From NCBI GenBank assembly GCA_963842525.1, contig CAWJGT010000006.1:32001-96000 (forward strand): a DNA stretch of 64,000 bases, in the 5' to 3' direction. The notes beneath the pieces are model-generated. The model was given only the letters and a program-made list of their open reading frames with translations, had not been told where the DNA came from and did no database searches. Positions 31,086 to 41,248 of the stretch are shown one piece after another; within the stretch, counting starts at the first letter, position 1, and the number at the start of each line of letters is the position of its first letter. The DNA is from an uncultured Holophagales bacterium (GTDB lineage Bacteria; Acidobacteriota; Thermoanaerobaculia; Multivoradales; UBA5704). A program made the position numbers and the translations under genes.

Positions 31086-32230
31086 GCGGCGGCCTCGGAG
31101 AGCAGGACGAGGATGGCGGTCTGGTTGTAGAAGGCGAGGCTGCCGCCAGGGGTGGGGCCGATCTCGCCGAAGGTGAAGAAACCGGAGAGGGCGACGCCGC
31201 CCAGGGCGCGGTGGATGGCGGCCGCCTCGCTGCCGGCCATCTCGTCCAGCACCTGCTCGCGGCCGACGCAGGAGTAGAGGATCGCCGCCTCGGGCTCCTG
31301 CCCGGCGCGGAGCTGGGAGGCGGTCTCGACCAGGGAGAGGTCGTTGCCCATGCCGAGCCGGACCTGATCTCCTTCAGCCACGCTCCCCCAATAGGAGACG
31401 GCGCCCGGCGGATCGTCGAAGGCCAGCATGCTGCGGTAGAGGCCCTGCCGCTCGGCTGCCGGCCCCTCCACGATGAGGGGGAAGCGCCAAGCGGTGTCGG
31501 GCATGGGAGCGAGCTCGCCGCCGATGGTGAAGAAGCGCCGGTACCAGTCCGTCGCCGGCTCGTCGTCGATCTCGTAGAGGACGTTCCCGGCGGCGCGGGT
31601 GACGGTGTAGATGGGGCTCGCCGGGCTCCACCCGCGTACGACCTCGACGCGCATCGAGATGCCATGCAGGAGGACGGCGACGCAGGCGGCCGGCAGGAGG
31701 CGGTCCTGGACGAAGACGCGCGCTCCGGACTTGACCGGGGGGATCTCCTGCGAGGCGAGGCCGCCGGCGACCAGCGGGGCCGCCTCACCCCGCAGGGCCT
31801 CGCGCAGCGCGCCCAGGAAGCGCTCGGTCGGGAAGCGCAGGCCGTCGGCGATCAGCAGAACGCCGTCGGCCCCGGCGAGCCGCCCGGCCAGGGCTTCGAC
31901 GGCCGCCTGGGACGGGGGCTCCTCCTGGGTACCGGGGACGACCTCGACCTCGACGCGGTGGCCAGGGTCCGCGAGCCAGAAGAGCTGCAGGCTCCCCGCG
32001 GCGGTCATCTCCGCATCGGCAAACTGCGTGACCGCCTCACAGCCGAAGCGCAGGCTCCCGGGCCATGCCTCGGCCAGGGCGGCGAGGGTCTCGGACAGAG
32101 TGGCCTCAGGGGTCTCTGGAGGGAGGAAGGCGAGCACGAAGTCCGGGTCACGCCCGGCGTCCACCGCGGCCGCGCGCAGCAGATCCTGGGGGCAAGGCCC
32201 CGCCGGCAGGTGGACGATTCGGCTCCGCAT
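31082..32230 (-). CDS. FIST-domain (NosP-like) sensory protein
   Basis: VAGGLA, GWSP, LYEIDDEPA, YSCVGR, GFFTFGEI, FYNQT; 4-nt overlap with the downstream gene. Confidence 0.85.
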   Translation of the reverse strand: MRSRIVHLPAGPCPQDLLRAAAVDAGRDPDFVLAFLPPETPEATLSETLAALAEAWPGSLRFGCEAVTQFADAEMTAAGSLQLFWLADPGHRVEVEVVPGTQEEPPSQAAVEALAGRLAGADGVLLIADGLRFPTERFLGALREALRGEAAPLVAGGLASQEIPPVKSGARVFVQDRLLPAACVAVLLHGISMRVEVVRGWSPASPIYTVTRAAGNVLYEIDDEPATDWYRRFFTIGGELAPMPDTAWRFPLIVEGPAAERQGLYRSMLAFDDPPGAVSYWGSVAEGDQVRLGMGNDLSLVETASQLRAGQEPEAAILYSCVGREQVLDEMAGSEAAAIHRALGGVALSGFFTFGEIGPTPGGSLAFYNQTAILVLLSEAAA

Positions 32231-32294
32231 CGCGGGAATGTCTCCCGGACCCCCCTGATTAGACCATGATCGAACCGTTCTGTGCTGATGACCG

Positions 32295-33909
32295 TCACGT
32301 CCCGGTCGTCGGGTCGCTGTACTCTCCCCAGACCCCGCGCAGGGTGTCCGAGATCTCGCCCAGGGTCACTTCAGCGCGCACGCAGTCGAGGATCGGCGGC
32401 ATCAGGTTGCGGTCGTCTTGGGCAGCGGCGGTGAGGTCACGCAGCGCTGCCTCGGCACGGGCCTGGTCGCGGCGGGTGCGCAGGGCCTGCACGCGCTCGA
32501 CCTGCTCCTGCTCGGCAGCCGGGTCGATCCGCAGCGGCTCGGTCGGCACCTCCTCCTCGGCGGCGAAGGCGTTGACTCCCACCACTTTGGCCCGCCCCTC
32601 CTCGATCGCGAGCTGGGCACGGTAGGCGGCCTCGGCGATCTCCCGCTGCTGGAAGCCCTGCTCGATGGCGGCGAGGCCGCCGCCCATCTCCTCGATGCGG
32701 CCGATGTAGTCGCGGGCGCGCCGCACGATCTCGTCTGTCCAGGCCTCGACGACGTAGGAGCCGCCCAGGGGATCGGCCACGTCGGCCACACCGCTCTCGT
32801 GGGCGATGATCTGCTGCGTACGCAGGGCCAGGCGGGCCGCCTCCTCGGTGGGCAGGCCGAGCGCCTCGTCGAGCGAGTTGGTGTGCAGCGACTGGGTGCC
32901 GCCGCAGACCGCGGCGAGCGCCTGGATCGCCACCCGCACCACGTTGTTGGCCGGCTGCTGCGCGGTCAGCGTCGAGCCGGCGGTCTGGGTATGGAAGCGC
33001 AGCCAGAGCGACCGCGGGTCCTTGGGCGCGAAGCGCTCCCGCACCAGCTCGGCCCACAGGCGCCGCGCCGCCCGGAACTTCGCCACCTCTTCCAGGAAGT
33101 TGTTGTGGGCGTTGAAGAAGAAGGAGAGGCGCGGCGCGAAGTCGTCGATGGCGAGACCGCGGTCGAGCGCGGCCCGTACGTAGGTGAGGCCGTTGGCGAG
33201 GGTGAAGGCCACCTCCTGGACGGCGGTCGAGCCGGCCTCGCGCATGTGGTAGCCGGAGATCGAGATCGGGTTCCATTTCGGCACCCGCTCGGCGCAGAAG
33301 GCGATCAGGTCGGTCACCAGCCGCAGCGACGGCCCGGGCGGATAGATGTAGGTGCCGCGGGCGGCGTATTCCTTGAGGATGTCGTTCTGGACCGTGCCCC
33401 CGACCCTGGTCCAGGGGACCCCCTGCTCCTCGGCGACCACGAGATAAAGGGCCAACAGGATGGGGGCGGTCGCGTTGATGGTCATCGAGGTGGTGACCCG
33501 GTCGAGGGGGATGCCGTCGAAGAGGCGGCGCATGTCCGCGATCGAGTCGATGGCCACGCCGACGCGGCCGACCTCGCCGCGCGCCATCGGATGGTCGGAG
33601 TCGTAGCCGATCTGGGTCGGCAGGTCGAAGGCCACGGACAGGCCGGTCGTCCCCTGGGAGAGCAGGTAGCGGTAGCGGCGGTTCGAACTCGGCGGCGCTC
33701 GAATAGCCGGCGTACTGGCGCATGGTCCAGTGCCGCTTGCGGTACATGTCGCGGTACAGGCCGCGGGTGTAGGGATACGCCCCGGGGTCGCCCACCTGCT
33801 CGGCATAGTCGACCCCCGCCGTGTCCCCGGGACCGTAGAATGGCTGGACCAGGATCTCGGACGAGGTCTCGCGGACGTCCTCGTCGGAAGCGGGGGTCTC
33901 GGTAGCCAT
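32295..33909 (-). CDS. Methylmalonyl-CoA mutase, large (substrate-binding) subunit (frameshift near 33690)
   Basis: [13 protein letters not shown] (Tyr), [23 protein letters not shown] (Arg), ISISGYH, SLHTN; no B12-binding domain in this polypeptide. Confidence 0.9.
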
Positions 33910-33973
33910 GAAGGCATTCTATCCAGAGAGGAGGAGGGGCGGGGCTCTGCTAGAGTTCGAACGCGTGAGGAAG

Positions 33974-34414
33974 ATGCCGCGGATCACTGCCGAAACTGCC
34001 CGTGAGCGGGCGCGCCGGGCCGCCGAGGCCCTGGCGGCGGACCCTCGTGTGCGGCTGGTCTTCCTCTTCGGCTCGGCCGCGGACCCGGAGCGGGCAACTG
34101 TCCGCGATGTCGATCTGGCGGTGCTGACTGACCGGTCTCTGGGCCTCTACGAGCGGCTGAACCTGCTGACGGATGCGGAAAGCGCCGCAGGAGGGGAGAT
34201 CGATCTCGTCTCGTTGAACGACGCTTCGGTGGTGCTGGCGCACGAAGTGGCGGAAGGGCAGTGCCTCTATGCCGACCCCCCGGAGGTCGAAACCGACTTC
34301 GTGACGCGGGCCCGGATGCGCTACTTCGATTTCAAGTGGTACCTCGACCAGCAATGGAAGCTGACTGGGGAGCGATTGGAGGAGCGCCGTCGAAAGTGGA
34401 ACGAGCCAGCCTAG
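33974..34414 (+). CDS. Minimal nucleotidyltransferase (MntA-like)
   Basis: FLFGSAA...[29 protein letters not shown]. Confidence 0.85.
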   Translation: MPRITAETARERARRAAEALAADPRVRLVFLFGSAADPERATVRDVDLAVLTDRSLGLYERLNLLTDAESAAGGEIDLVSLNDASVVLAHEVAEGQCLYADPPEVETDFVTRARMRYFDFKWYLDQQWKLTGERLEERRRKWNEPA

Positions 34415-34429
34415 ACAAGGGAGAACTGT

Positions 34430-35471
34430 ATGTCCATGTCCTTACTCTATAGATCCGTCCGTCTCGCCCTCATGTCGCTCCTGCTCGCCAATTCGCTCCA
34501 GGCGGCCACGCTGATCGTGGCCAACAAGTCGGAGGCCACGGTCTCGCTGGTCGACCTCGGGTCGGGGAAGGTGGCGGCGACGCTGCCGGTGGGGCAGGGG
34601 CCGCACGAGGTGGCCGTCTCCCCCAGCGGCCGGCTCGCCCTGATTGCCAACTACGGCCGCCAGGGGCAGCCGGGCTCGTCCCTGACGCTCATCGACGTCC
34701 CCGCCGCCAAGGTCGTCAGGACGATCGACCTCGGCGAGTACCGGCGGCCCCACGGGTTGGCTTTCCTCGACGAGCGGCGCGCCCTGGTGACCGCGGAGGT
34801 GAACCAGGCTCTGCTGGAGGTCGACACCGAAACCGGCAAGGTGGAGGGGGCCGTGAAGACCGACCAGCGGGTCTCGCACATGGTGGCCATGGCCCCGGGC
34901 GCCTCGCGTGCCTTCATCTCCAGCATCGCCTCGGGCACGATGACGGCCGTCGACCTCAAAGAGAAGAAAAAGGTCGGCGACGTGCCGACCGGCGCGGGCG
35001 CGGAGGGGATCGCCGTCACTCCGGACGGCAAGCAGGTCTGGGTCACCAACCGCGAGGCGGACTCGGTCAGCGTCATCGACGCCGGCACGCTCCAGGTGCT
35101 CGCCACGCTCCCCTCGGCCTCCTTCCCGATCCGTGCCGAGGTGACGCCGGACGGCAAGCGCGTCCTGGTCTCCAACGCCCGCTCGGGCGACCTTTCGGTC
35201 TTCTCGGTGGCCGACCGGAAGCTGGAGCGCCGGATCCCGCTGGTGCTCGAGGGAAAGCCTGTCACGGAAGGCCGCCTGATGGAGATGGGGGAGAAGCTCG
35301 GTCCCTATCGGCATCGAGATCGCGCTGGACGGCAAGCGCGCCTATGTCGCGCACGCCAACGCCGACCAGATCTCGATCGTCGACCTCCAGAGCTGGAAGC
35401 GGATCGGCTCCCTCACGGCCGGCAAGGAGCCGGACGGCATGGGGTATTCGAAGCTGGCGGTGAAGAAGTAG
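34430..35471 (+). CDS. Secreted YVTN/YncE-type beta-propeller (frameshift near 35295)
   Basis: Signal peptide; repeats VANKSE, GPHEVAVSPSG, AEGIAVTPDGKQVWVTN. The alternative frame ends ...GKEPDGMGYSKLAVKK at 35471. Confidence 0.8.
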
Positions 35472-35474
35472 GCC

Positions 35475-35729
35475 TCATTCCGCCGTTCCGTCCCCCATCT
35501 CCCCGTGACGGCCGCCGCCGCGCCATTCCGGGTCGCGGCGCGCAAAAGCGTCCATGTCGTGAGGGACCTCGATCAGGGTGCGGGTGACGTTCGGGTCGCA
35601 GGTCTCGTTCTCGCACTCGTAGGTGTAGACATTCCAGTCGCCGTTGCGGCTGAACCCCGAGAGCGTCTGGTAAGTATTGCAATGTCCGCATTTGACGGAT
35701 ATATTGCGGATGTTGATCTGATCGGCCAT
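35475..35729 (-). CDS. Small putative zinc-ribbon protein
   Basis: CGHC...CENETC; GGAGG upstream; start 35729 or 35738. Confidence 0.65.
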   Translation of the reverse strand: MADQINIRNISVKCGHCNTYQTLSGFSRNGDWNVYTYECENETCDPNVTRTLIEVPHDMDAFARRDPEWRGGGRHGEMGDGTAE

Positions 35730-35830
35730 CGCGGCCATCGCTGCCTCCTCCGGGCGACCGTTAAGAAGCCGCCGTGTTTCCGCCGATCATCCCACGCATG
35801 GTCCGTCTTTTGCACTCCTTCACCGCCGGC

Positions 35831-36823
35831 ATGAGAGAGACGCACCACGCCACGCCGTTGCGAGTCCCCCTGAGCCTGCTGCTGGCGGCCATTCTGGCGG
35901 TATCTCCGCTGTGGGCGGCCCTCCCAGAGCCTCAGGACACTCCGCAGGACCCGATGTCCGGGTTCACCGAGGAAGTCTCGGTCGGGTATGTGCTGGTGCC
36001 GGTCGTCGTCCGCTCCGGATCGAAGTACATGAGGAACCTGGACCAGGACGACTTCAGCGTTCTCGTGGATGGCAGGAAGGTGCGGATCGAGAGCTTCGAG
36101 CAGCGGGCCGAGGCGCCGGCGAGCGTCGTGATCCTGCAGGATCTTTCCGGAAGCATGGAGACCGGCGGCAACATCGGCCTGAGCCGCGATGTGGCGACCT
36201 TCTTCCTCGACAAGGCATTGACCGGCGACGAGTACTCGATCGCGACCTTCGCCAGCGGCAACCTGCAGGTCGAGGTGCCGTTCACCTCCGACCTCGGGAC
36301 GTTGCGCGAGGCGGTGCGGAGCTGGAGGCCCTGGGGCACCACGGCGCTCCACGATGCCGTTGCGGCGGTGCCGTCGCTCTCTCTCCAGGGGAACAACCCC
36401 AAGAGGTTCGCCATCCTGATCACCGACGGGATCGACAACGCAAGCCGGATCCCGCCGGAGCAGGCACGGGAGATCGTGCGCCAGGCGCAGCTCCCGTTCT
36501 ACGTGATCGGCATGGACAGCGGGAGCCCCTTCGAGGTCACGCAGGAGGGGAAGAAGCTCTACCGCTATGCCGACGTGTTGAACCTGCTGGCCGCGACGAG
36601 CGGCGGCCGTTATTTCTCCGTCTCGGACCGGCAGGACCTCCAGGAGGCGCTGACCGCAATCCTGGACGATCTGCGGCACCAGTACGTCCTGGGTTTCTCG
36701 ACCGGCGAAGGCCCTTCACGCCTACGCGACCTCAAGGTGCAGGTCGATGCGGGAGACCGCACCGTCCTCTTCCGTCGTGGGTACCAGGGACCGCCGCCGG
36801 CGAGCTTCGCCCAGGGCGGTTGA
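35831..36823 (+). CDS. Secreted VWA domain protein (Acidobacterial VWFA-related type)
   Basis: MIDAS motif DLSGSM, GTTALHDA, LITDGID, DLRHQYVLGF. Start uncertain. Confidence 0.85.
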   Translation: MRETHHATPLRVPLSLLLAAILAVSPLWAALPEPQDTPQDPMSGFTEEVSVGYVLVPVVVRSGSKYMRNLDQDDFSVLVDGRKVRIESFEQRAEAPASVVILQDLSGSMETGGNIGLSRDVATFFLDKALTGDEYSIATFASGNLQVEVPFTSDLGTLREAVRSWRPWGTTALHDAVAAVPSLSLQGNNPKRFAILITDGIDNASRIPPEQAREIVRQAQLPFYVIGMDSGSPFEVTQEGKKLYRYADVLNLLAATSGGRYFSVSDRQDLQEALTAILDDLRHQYVLGFSTGEGPSRLRDLKVQVDAGDRTVLFRRGYQGPPPASFAQGG

Positions 36824-36872
36824 CCCATAACTCGGCCCCACGCGGGCCCCTCAGAAACGAGGAGGAGTAAAA

Positions 36873-37475
36873 ATGCGCAAGCTATGGACCTTGGCCGTGG
36901 CATTGCTGTTGATGGTTGCCTTCACCGGCTGCGCCACCAAGAAGTATGTGAAGCAGGAGACGGGCGCGGTCGGTACCCGCGTCGATGATGTGCAGGGTCA
37001 GGTCGAGGAGGCGCAGACCCGCCTCGACACGCACGATCGGCAGATCGGCGAGACCTCCCGCACCGCCCAGGAGGCGCTCCAGCGCGCCCAGGAGGCCGGC
37101 AAGCTGGCCCAGGGCAAGCTGCTCTATGAGACGGTGCTGACCGACGAGAAGGTGAAGTTCGGCTTCGACACCTCGGACCTGTCCCCGGAGGCCAGGGCGG
37201 CGGTCGACGAGTTCGCCTCCCAGCTCGCGAGCCAGAACAAGGGTGTCTACATCGAGATCCAGGGCCACACCGACAGCGTGGGCTCGGACAACTACAACGA
37301 GGAGCTGGGCCTGCTGCGGGCCGAGGCGGTGCGCCGCTATCTGAGCCAGCAGCACAAGTTCCCGCTACACCGGATCAACGTGATCTCGTACGGCGAGACG
37401 GCGCCGGTCTCCGACAACGGCAACCGCGATGGCCGTTCCCAGAACCGGCGCGTCGCGCTGGTCGTCCTGGAGTAG
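36873..37475 (+). CDS. OmpA-family lipoprotein
   Basis: Lipobox FTGC, IQGHTDSVG, RAEAVRRYL, NRRV; GAGGAG RBS. Confidence 0.92.
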   Translation: MRKLWTLAVALLLMVAFTGCATKKYVKQETGAVGTRVDDVQGQVEEAQTRLDTHDRQIGETSRTAQEALQRAQEAGKLAQGKLLYETVLTDEKVKFGFDTSDLSPEARAAVDEFASQLASQNKGVYIEIQGHTDSVGSDNYNEELGLLRAEAVRRYLSQQHKFPLHRINVISYGETAPVSDNGNRDGRSQNRRVALVVLE

Positions 37476-37518
37476 CCCTCACCCCTGGCCCCTCTCCCGC
37501 GTGAGCGGGAGAGGGGGT
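37476..37518. repeat. Family A repeat between convergent ompA-like and tlpA-like genes
   Basis: CCCTCACCCCTGGCCCCTCTCCCGC-GTGA-GCGGGAGAGGGG hairpin. Confidence 0.8.
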
Positions 37519-37526
37519 CCGTCTCC

Positions 37527-38063
37527 TTACACCCCGGCTTCTTTGAGGATCCGCCTGAGAGTAGGGCCGTCGGCGAGCCCCGGCTTGAGGTAGGTGACCT
37601 TCCCCTTCTTGTCGACCACCATCAGGGTGGGCAGGGCCAGGACTCCGAGCCGATCGGAGACCGTGCTGTCCGCGTCGAGGAGGACGGGATAGGGGAACGG
37701 CTTGTCCTTCACGAAGCTCTTCACCGTCCCCTCGTCCTCGCCGACGTTGGTGGCGAGGAACTGCACGTTCTTCCCCTGGTAGTCCTTGTGGAGCGCTTCG
37801 AGGATGCGCGCCTGGACGTGACAGGGGCCGCACCACGAGGCCCAGAAGTCGACGACGACGACCTTGCCCGGGAAGTCCCGGGGGCCGAGCTTGCGGCCGT
37901 CCAGAGTCTTGAGCCGGAACTCCGGCTTGGTGCCGACCGTCGTCGCCCCGCCGCTGGGGCCGGCGGACGCGCCGTCCTTGCAGCCGAAGAGCAGCAACGC
38001 GACGAGCGCGGCCAGCATCAGGACCGAACGTTTGGTGCTGCCGGGGGAGCTGTTCATCACCAT
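37527..38063 (-). CDS. TlpA/ResA-family thiol-disulfide oxidoreductase lipoprotein
   Basis: DFWASWCGPC, LPT cis-Pro, lipobox LFGC. Confidence 0.9.
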   Translation of the reverse strand: MVMNSSPGSTKRSVLMLAALVALLLFGCKDGASAGPSGGATTVGTKPEFRLKTLDGRKLGPRDFPGKVVVVDFWASWCGPCHVQARILEALHKDYQGKNVQFLATNVGEDEGTVKSFVKDKPFPYPVLLDADSTVSDRLGVLALPTLMVVDKKGKVTYLKPGLADGPTLRRILKEAGV

Positions 38064-38098
38064 GGCCTCGCGAGCATAGAGGATCGTTTCATCGCGCC

Positions 38099-38134
38099 AA
38101 ACAAACAAAGGGGGCACGGGATTCCCGTGCCCCC
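38099..38134 (-). terminator. Intrinsic terminator of nrdJ
   Basis: 11-bp stem GGGGGCACGGG/CCCGTGCCCCC followed on the minus strand by TTTGTTTGTTT. Confidence 0.8.
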
Positions 38135-38156
38135 TGATCCCTCCTGCGAAGCCGGC

Positions 38157-40985
38157 CTAGCTACAGCCGCTGGTCGAGCCGCAGTTCCCGCACTTGTAGC
38201 AGCTCCCGTTGCGCACCATGATCGATCCGCACTCGTGGCAGCTCGGCGCGTCCTGCTGGTAGAGGTACGCCGGCCGCAGCGGAGCCGCCTCCGCCTTGAT
38301 CGCCTGCGCCACCGGCTCCAGCCGCCCGCCGCCGAGGAGGGGCATCGGCGTGCTCAGGTCCTGCTGCGGTTCGTCGCGCAGGATCACCCCCGCGGCCTCC
38401 TTGTCCGCCCGCGACAGGAACTTCGAGGCCAGCCAGCGGAAGATGTAGTCGGTGATCGACTTGGCGATCGGGATCTCCGGGTTCTTGGTGAAGCCGGAGG
38501 GCTCGAAGCGCGTGTGGGTGAACTTGTCCACCATCGTCTGCAGCGGCACTCCGTACTGGAGCGCGATCGAGATCGAGGTGGCGAAGGAGTCCATCAGGCC
38601 CGAGATCGTCGACCCCTCCTTGGCCATCACCAGGAAGATCTCGCCCGGCTGCCCGTTCTCGTAGAGCCCGACCGTGAGGTAGCCCTCGTGCGCGTTGATC
38701 GAGAACTTGTGGGTGATCGCCTGCCGCTCGTCCGGCAGCTTCTTGCGCACGGCCCGCCGCTCCGTCACCGGGGTCTGGACCTGCAGGGCCTGCTGCGCGG
38801 TCTCGTCCTTCTTGGTCGACAGCGGCTGGCTCCGCTTGCAGTTGTCGCGGTAGATGGCCACCGCCTTGAGGCCCATCTGCCAGCCTTCGATGTAGGCCTG
38901 CATGATGTCGTCCGGCGTCGAGTCCTCGGGCATGTTGATCGTCTTGCTGATCGCGCCCGAGATGAACGGCTGCACCGCCGCCAGCATCTTGAGGTGACCC
39001 ATGTAGTGGATGGAGCGCGACCCCTTGTGGGCCTTGAAGGCGCAGTCGAAGACCGGAAGGTGGTCCTCCTTGAGGTTCGGCGCGCCCTCGATGGTGTCGT
39101 TCTCGTCGATGTATTCGACGATGGCGCGGACCTCGTCCTTGTCGTAGCCCAGCCGCTTCAGGGCGTTCGGCACCGTCTGGTTGACGATCTTGATCATGCC
39201 GCCGCCGACCAGCTTCTTGTACTTGACGAGGGCGATGTCGGGCTCCACGCCGGTGGTGTCGCAGTCCATCATGAAGGCGATCGTGCCGGTGGGGGCGAGC
39301 ACCGAGATCTGGCTGTTGCGCAGGCCGTGGCGCTCGCCGAGGTCGACCACCTCGTCCCAGGAGTGCTTGGCGGCCTGGAGGAGCTCCAGCGGGGCGTGCG
39401 CCGCGTCGACATGCTTCACAGCCTCGCGGTGCTTGCGCATGACCCGGAGCATGGGCTGGCGGTTGGTCTCGAAGTCCACGAACGGGCCCTTGGCGGCGGC
39501 GATGCGGGCCGATTGGGCGTAGGAGGCGCCGGTCATCAGCGCGGTGATCGCGGCGGCGTAGTCGCGGCCGGAGTCGGAGTCGTAGGGGAGGCCGCGCGCC
39601 ATGAGCAGGGCGCCGAGGTTGGCGTAGCCGATCCCCAGCGGCCGGAACCTCTCCGAGTTGGCGCCGATCTTCGGCGTCGGATAGCTGGCGTTGCTGACGA
39701 TGATCTCCATGGCCGAGATCACCACCTCGCAGCAGTGGCGGAAGCTCGCCACGTCGAAGCCCATGGTCTCGTCGTAGAAGCGCATCAGGTTCAGCGATGC
39801 CAGGTTGCACGCCGTATCGTCGAGGAACATGTACTCGCTGCACGGGTTGCTGGCATAGATGCGGTCGGTGGCGGCGCAGGTGTGCCAGTCGTTGATCGTG
39901 GTGTCGTACTGCACCCCGGGATCGCCGCACGCCCAGGCCGCCTCGGAGATCGTCTTCATGAGCTTGCGGGCCTTGTGGGTCCCCATGGGCTGGCCGCCGA
40001 CGCGCGCCCGTGTGTGCCACTCGCCGTCGTCTTCGACGGCCTTCATGAAGCTGTCGGTCACCCGCACCGAGTGGTTGGCGTTCTGGTAGGCGATCGAGTC
40101 GTAGGCGCCGCCCGGCACGTTGAAGCTGCCGTCATAGCCGGCGTCGATGAGGGCCCAGGCCTTGCGCTCCTCGACCTCCTTGCACTTGATGAAATCCTCG
40201 ATATCGGGGTGGTCGATGTCGAGCATGACCATCTTGGCCGCCCGGCGGGTCTTGCCGCCGCTCTTGATGACGCCGGCGAAAGCGTCGAAGCCCTTCATGA
40301 AGGAGACCGGGCCGGAGGCGGTGCCGCCGCCGGCGAGGGGCTCCCGGGAGGAGCGCAGCTTGGAGAGGTTGCTGCCCGTGCCCGAGCCATACTTGAAGAG
40401 CATCCCCTCGGTCCTGGCCAGGGTGAGGATCGAGTCCATCGTGTCCTGGACCGAGTTGATGAAGCAGGCCGAGCACTGCGGCTTCTCCTCGATGCCGACG
40501 TTGAACCAGACCGGCGAGTTGAAGCAGGCGTATTGATAGAGGAGGATGTGGGTCAGCTCGTCGCGGAAGGTCCGGGCGTCCTCGTCGGCGGCGAAGTAGC
40601 CGCCCTCGCGTCCCCAGCCGGTCACCGTCTCGGCGACGCGGCCGATGAGCTGGCGGACGCTGCGCTCGCGCTGCGGCGAGCCGAGCTGGCCGCGGAAGTA
40701 CTTGCTCACCACTACGTTGGTGGCGGTCTGCGACCAGGCCTTGGGCACCTCGACGCCGCGCTGCTCGAAGATCTTCTCCCCCTTCTCATTGGTGATCACC
40801 GCGTCGCGCAGCTCCCATTCGACGGTGTCGTAGGGGTCTGCTCCGGGCGTCGTGTAGAGACGCTCGAAGCGCAGGCCCCCGGCGGCGGCTTCGGTGGCTC
40901 GGAGGCCCTCTTTTTGGGGAGTCTCCACGTCCAGGACGTCCTTGCCTCGCGAACGCTGCGCCTTCACCGCCGACTGAGTAACCAT
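38157..40985 (-). CDS. nrdJ: Class II (B12-dependent) ribonucleotide reductase
   Basis: FNSPVWFN, QCSACFI, SNPCSE, TACNLASLN, LAPTGTI; C-terminal CHECG...CYKCGNCG...GCS. Confidence 0.95.
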   Translation of the reverse strand: MVTQSAVKAQRSRGKDVLDVETPQKEGLRATEAAAGGLRFERLYTTPGADPYDTVEWELRDAVITNEKGEKIFEQRGVEVPKAWSQTATNVVVSKYFRGQLGSPQRERSVRQLIGRVAETVTGWGREGGYFAADEDARTFRDELTHILLYQYACFNSPVWFNVGIEEKPQCSACFINSVQDTMDSILTLARTEGMLFKYGSGTGSNLSKLRSSREPLAGGGTASGPVSFMKGFDAFAGVIKSGGKTRRAAKMVMLDIDHPDIEDFIKCKEVEERKAWALIDAGYDGSFNVPGGAYDSIAYQNANHSVRVTDSFMKAVEDDGEWHTRARVGGQPMGTHKARKLMKTISEAAWACGDPGVQYDTTINDWHTCAATDRIYASNPCSEYMFLDDTACNLASLNLMRFYDETMGFDVASFRHCCEVVISAMEIIVSNASYPTPKIGANSERFRPLGIGYANLGALLMARGLPYDSDSGRDYAAAITALMTGASYAQSARIAAAKGPFVDFETNRQPMLRVMRKHREAVKHVDAAHAPLELLQAAKHSWDEVVDLGERHGLRNSQISVLAPTGTIAFMMDCDTTGVEPDIALVKYKKLVGGGMIKIVNQTVPNALKRLGYDKDEVRAIVEYIDENDTIEGAPNLKEDHLPVFDCAFKAHKGSRSIHYMGHLKMLAAVQPFISGAISKTINMPEDSTPDDIMQAYIEGWQMGLKAVAIYRDNCKRSQPLSTKKDETAQQALQVQTPVTERRAVRKKLPDERQAITHKFSINAHEGYLTVGLYENGQPGEIFLVMAKEGSTISGLMDSFATSISIALQYGVPLQTMVDKFTHTRFEPSGFTKNPEIPIAKSITDYIFRWLASKFLSRADKEAAGVILRDEPQQDLSTPMPLLGGGRLEPVAQAIKAEAAPLRPAYLYQQDAPSCHECGSIMVRNGSCYKCGNCGSTSGCS

Positions 40986-41048
40986 CGTGCTGGCCTCCTC
41001 CTGTTGAATCTCGCGGGTCCTCTGGAAACAACGAGCCCCAAACTACAC

Positions 41049-41095
41049 CCCCAAGATATGGGGTGTCAATCGTTCGGAGCCACTACAAATTGGTC
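41049..41095. promoter_or_regulatory. Tandem NrdR boxes upstream of nrdJ
   Basis: cccCAAgATATgGggt (41049-41064) and ccaCTAcAaATtGgtc (41080-41095), 31 bp apart. Both fit the consensus acaCwAtATaTwGtg and the known tandem spacing. Confidence 0.75.
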
Positions 41096-41248
41096 CACTG
41101 CCGTGGAAGGTCTTACATCTGGGAGCCGGTCCGGCGGGAGAAAAAATTACAGCGAGGCGCGGGCTGTGCTAGTCTCCAGGGCCGTTCAACCGGACCGCCT
41201 CGTTCCGCGGGCGCGACACCAACCGACTAGAACCGAGTGGGGGAAGCG

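Noticed and set aside
32295-33909. Isobutyryl-CoA mutase assignment
   Set aside because: The RQYAG Tyr and KEYAARG Arg match methylmalonyl-CoA mutase specificity residues.
33909-41240. Cobalamin riboswitch upstream of the B12-dependent mutase or nrdJ
   Set aside because: The mutase leader is too short, and the nrdJ leader shows NrdR boxes but no recognisable B12-box.
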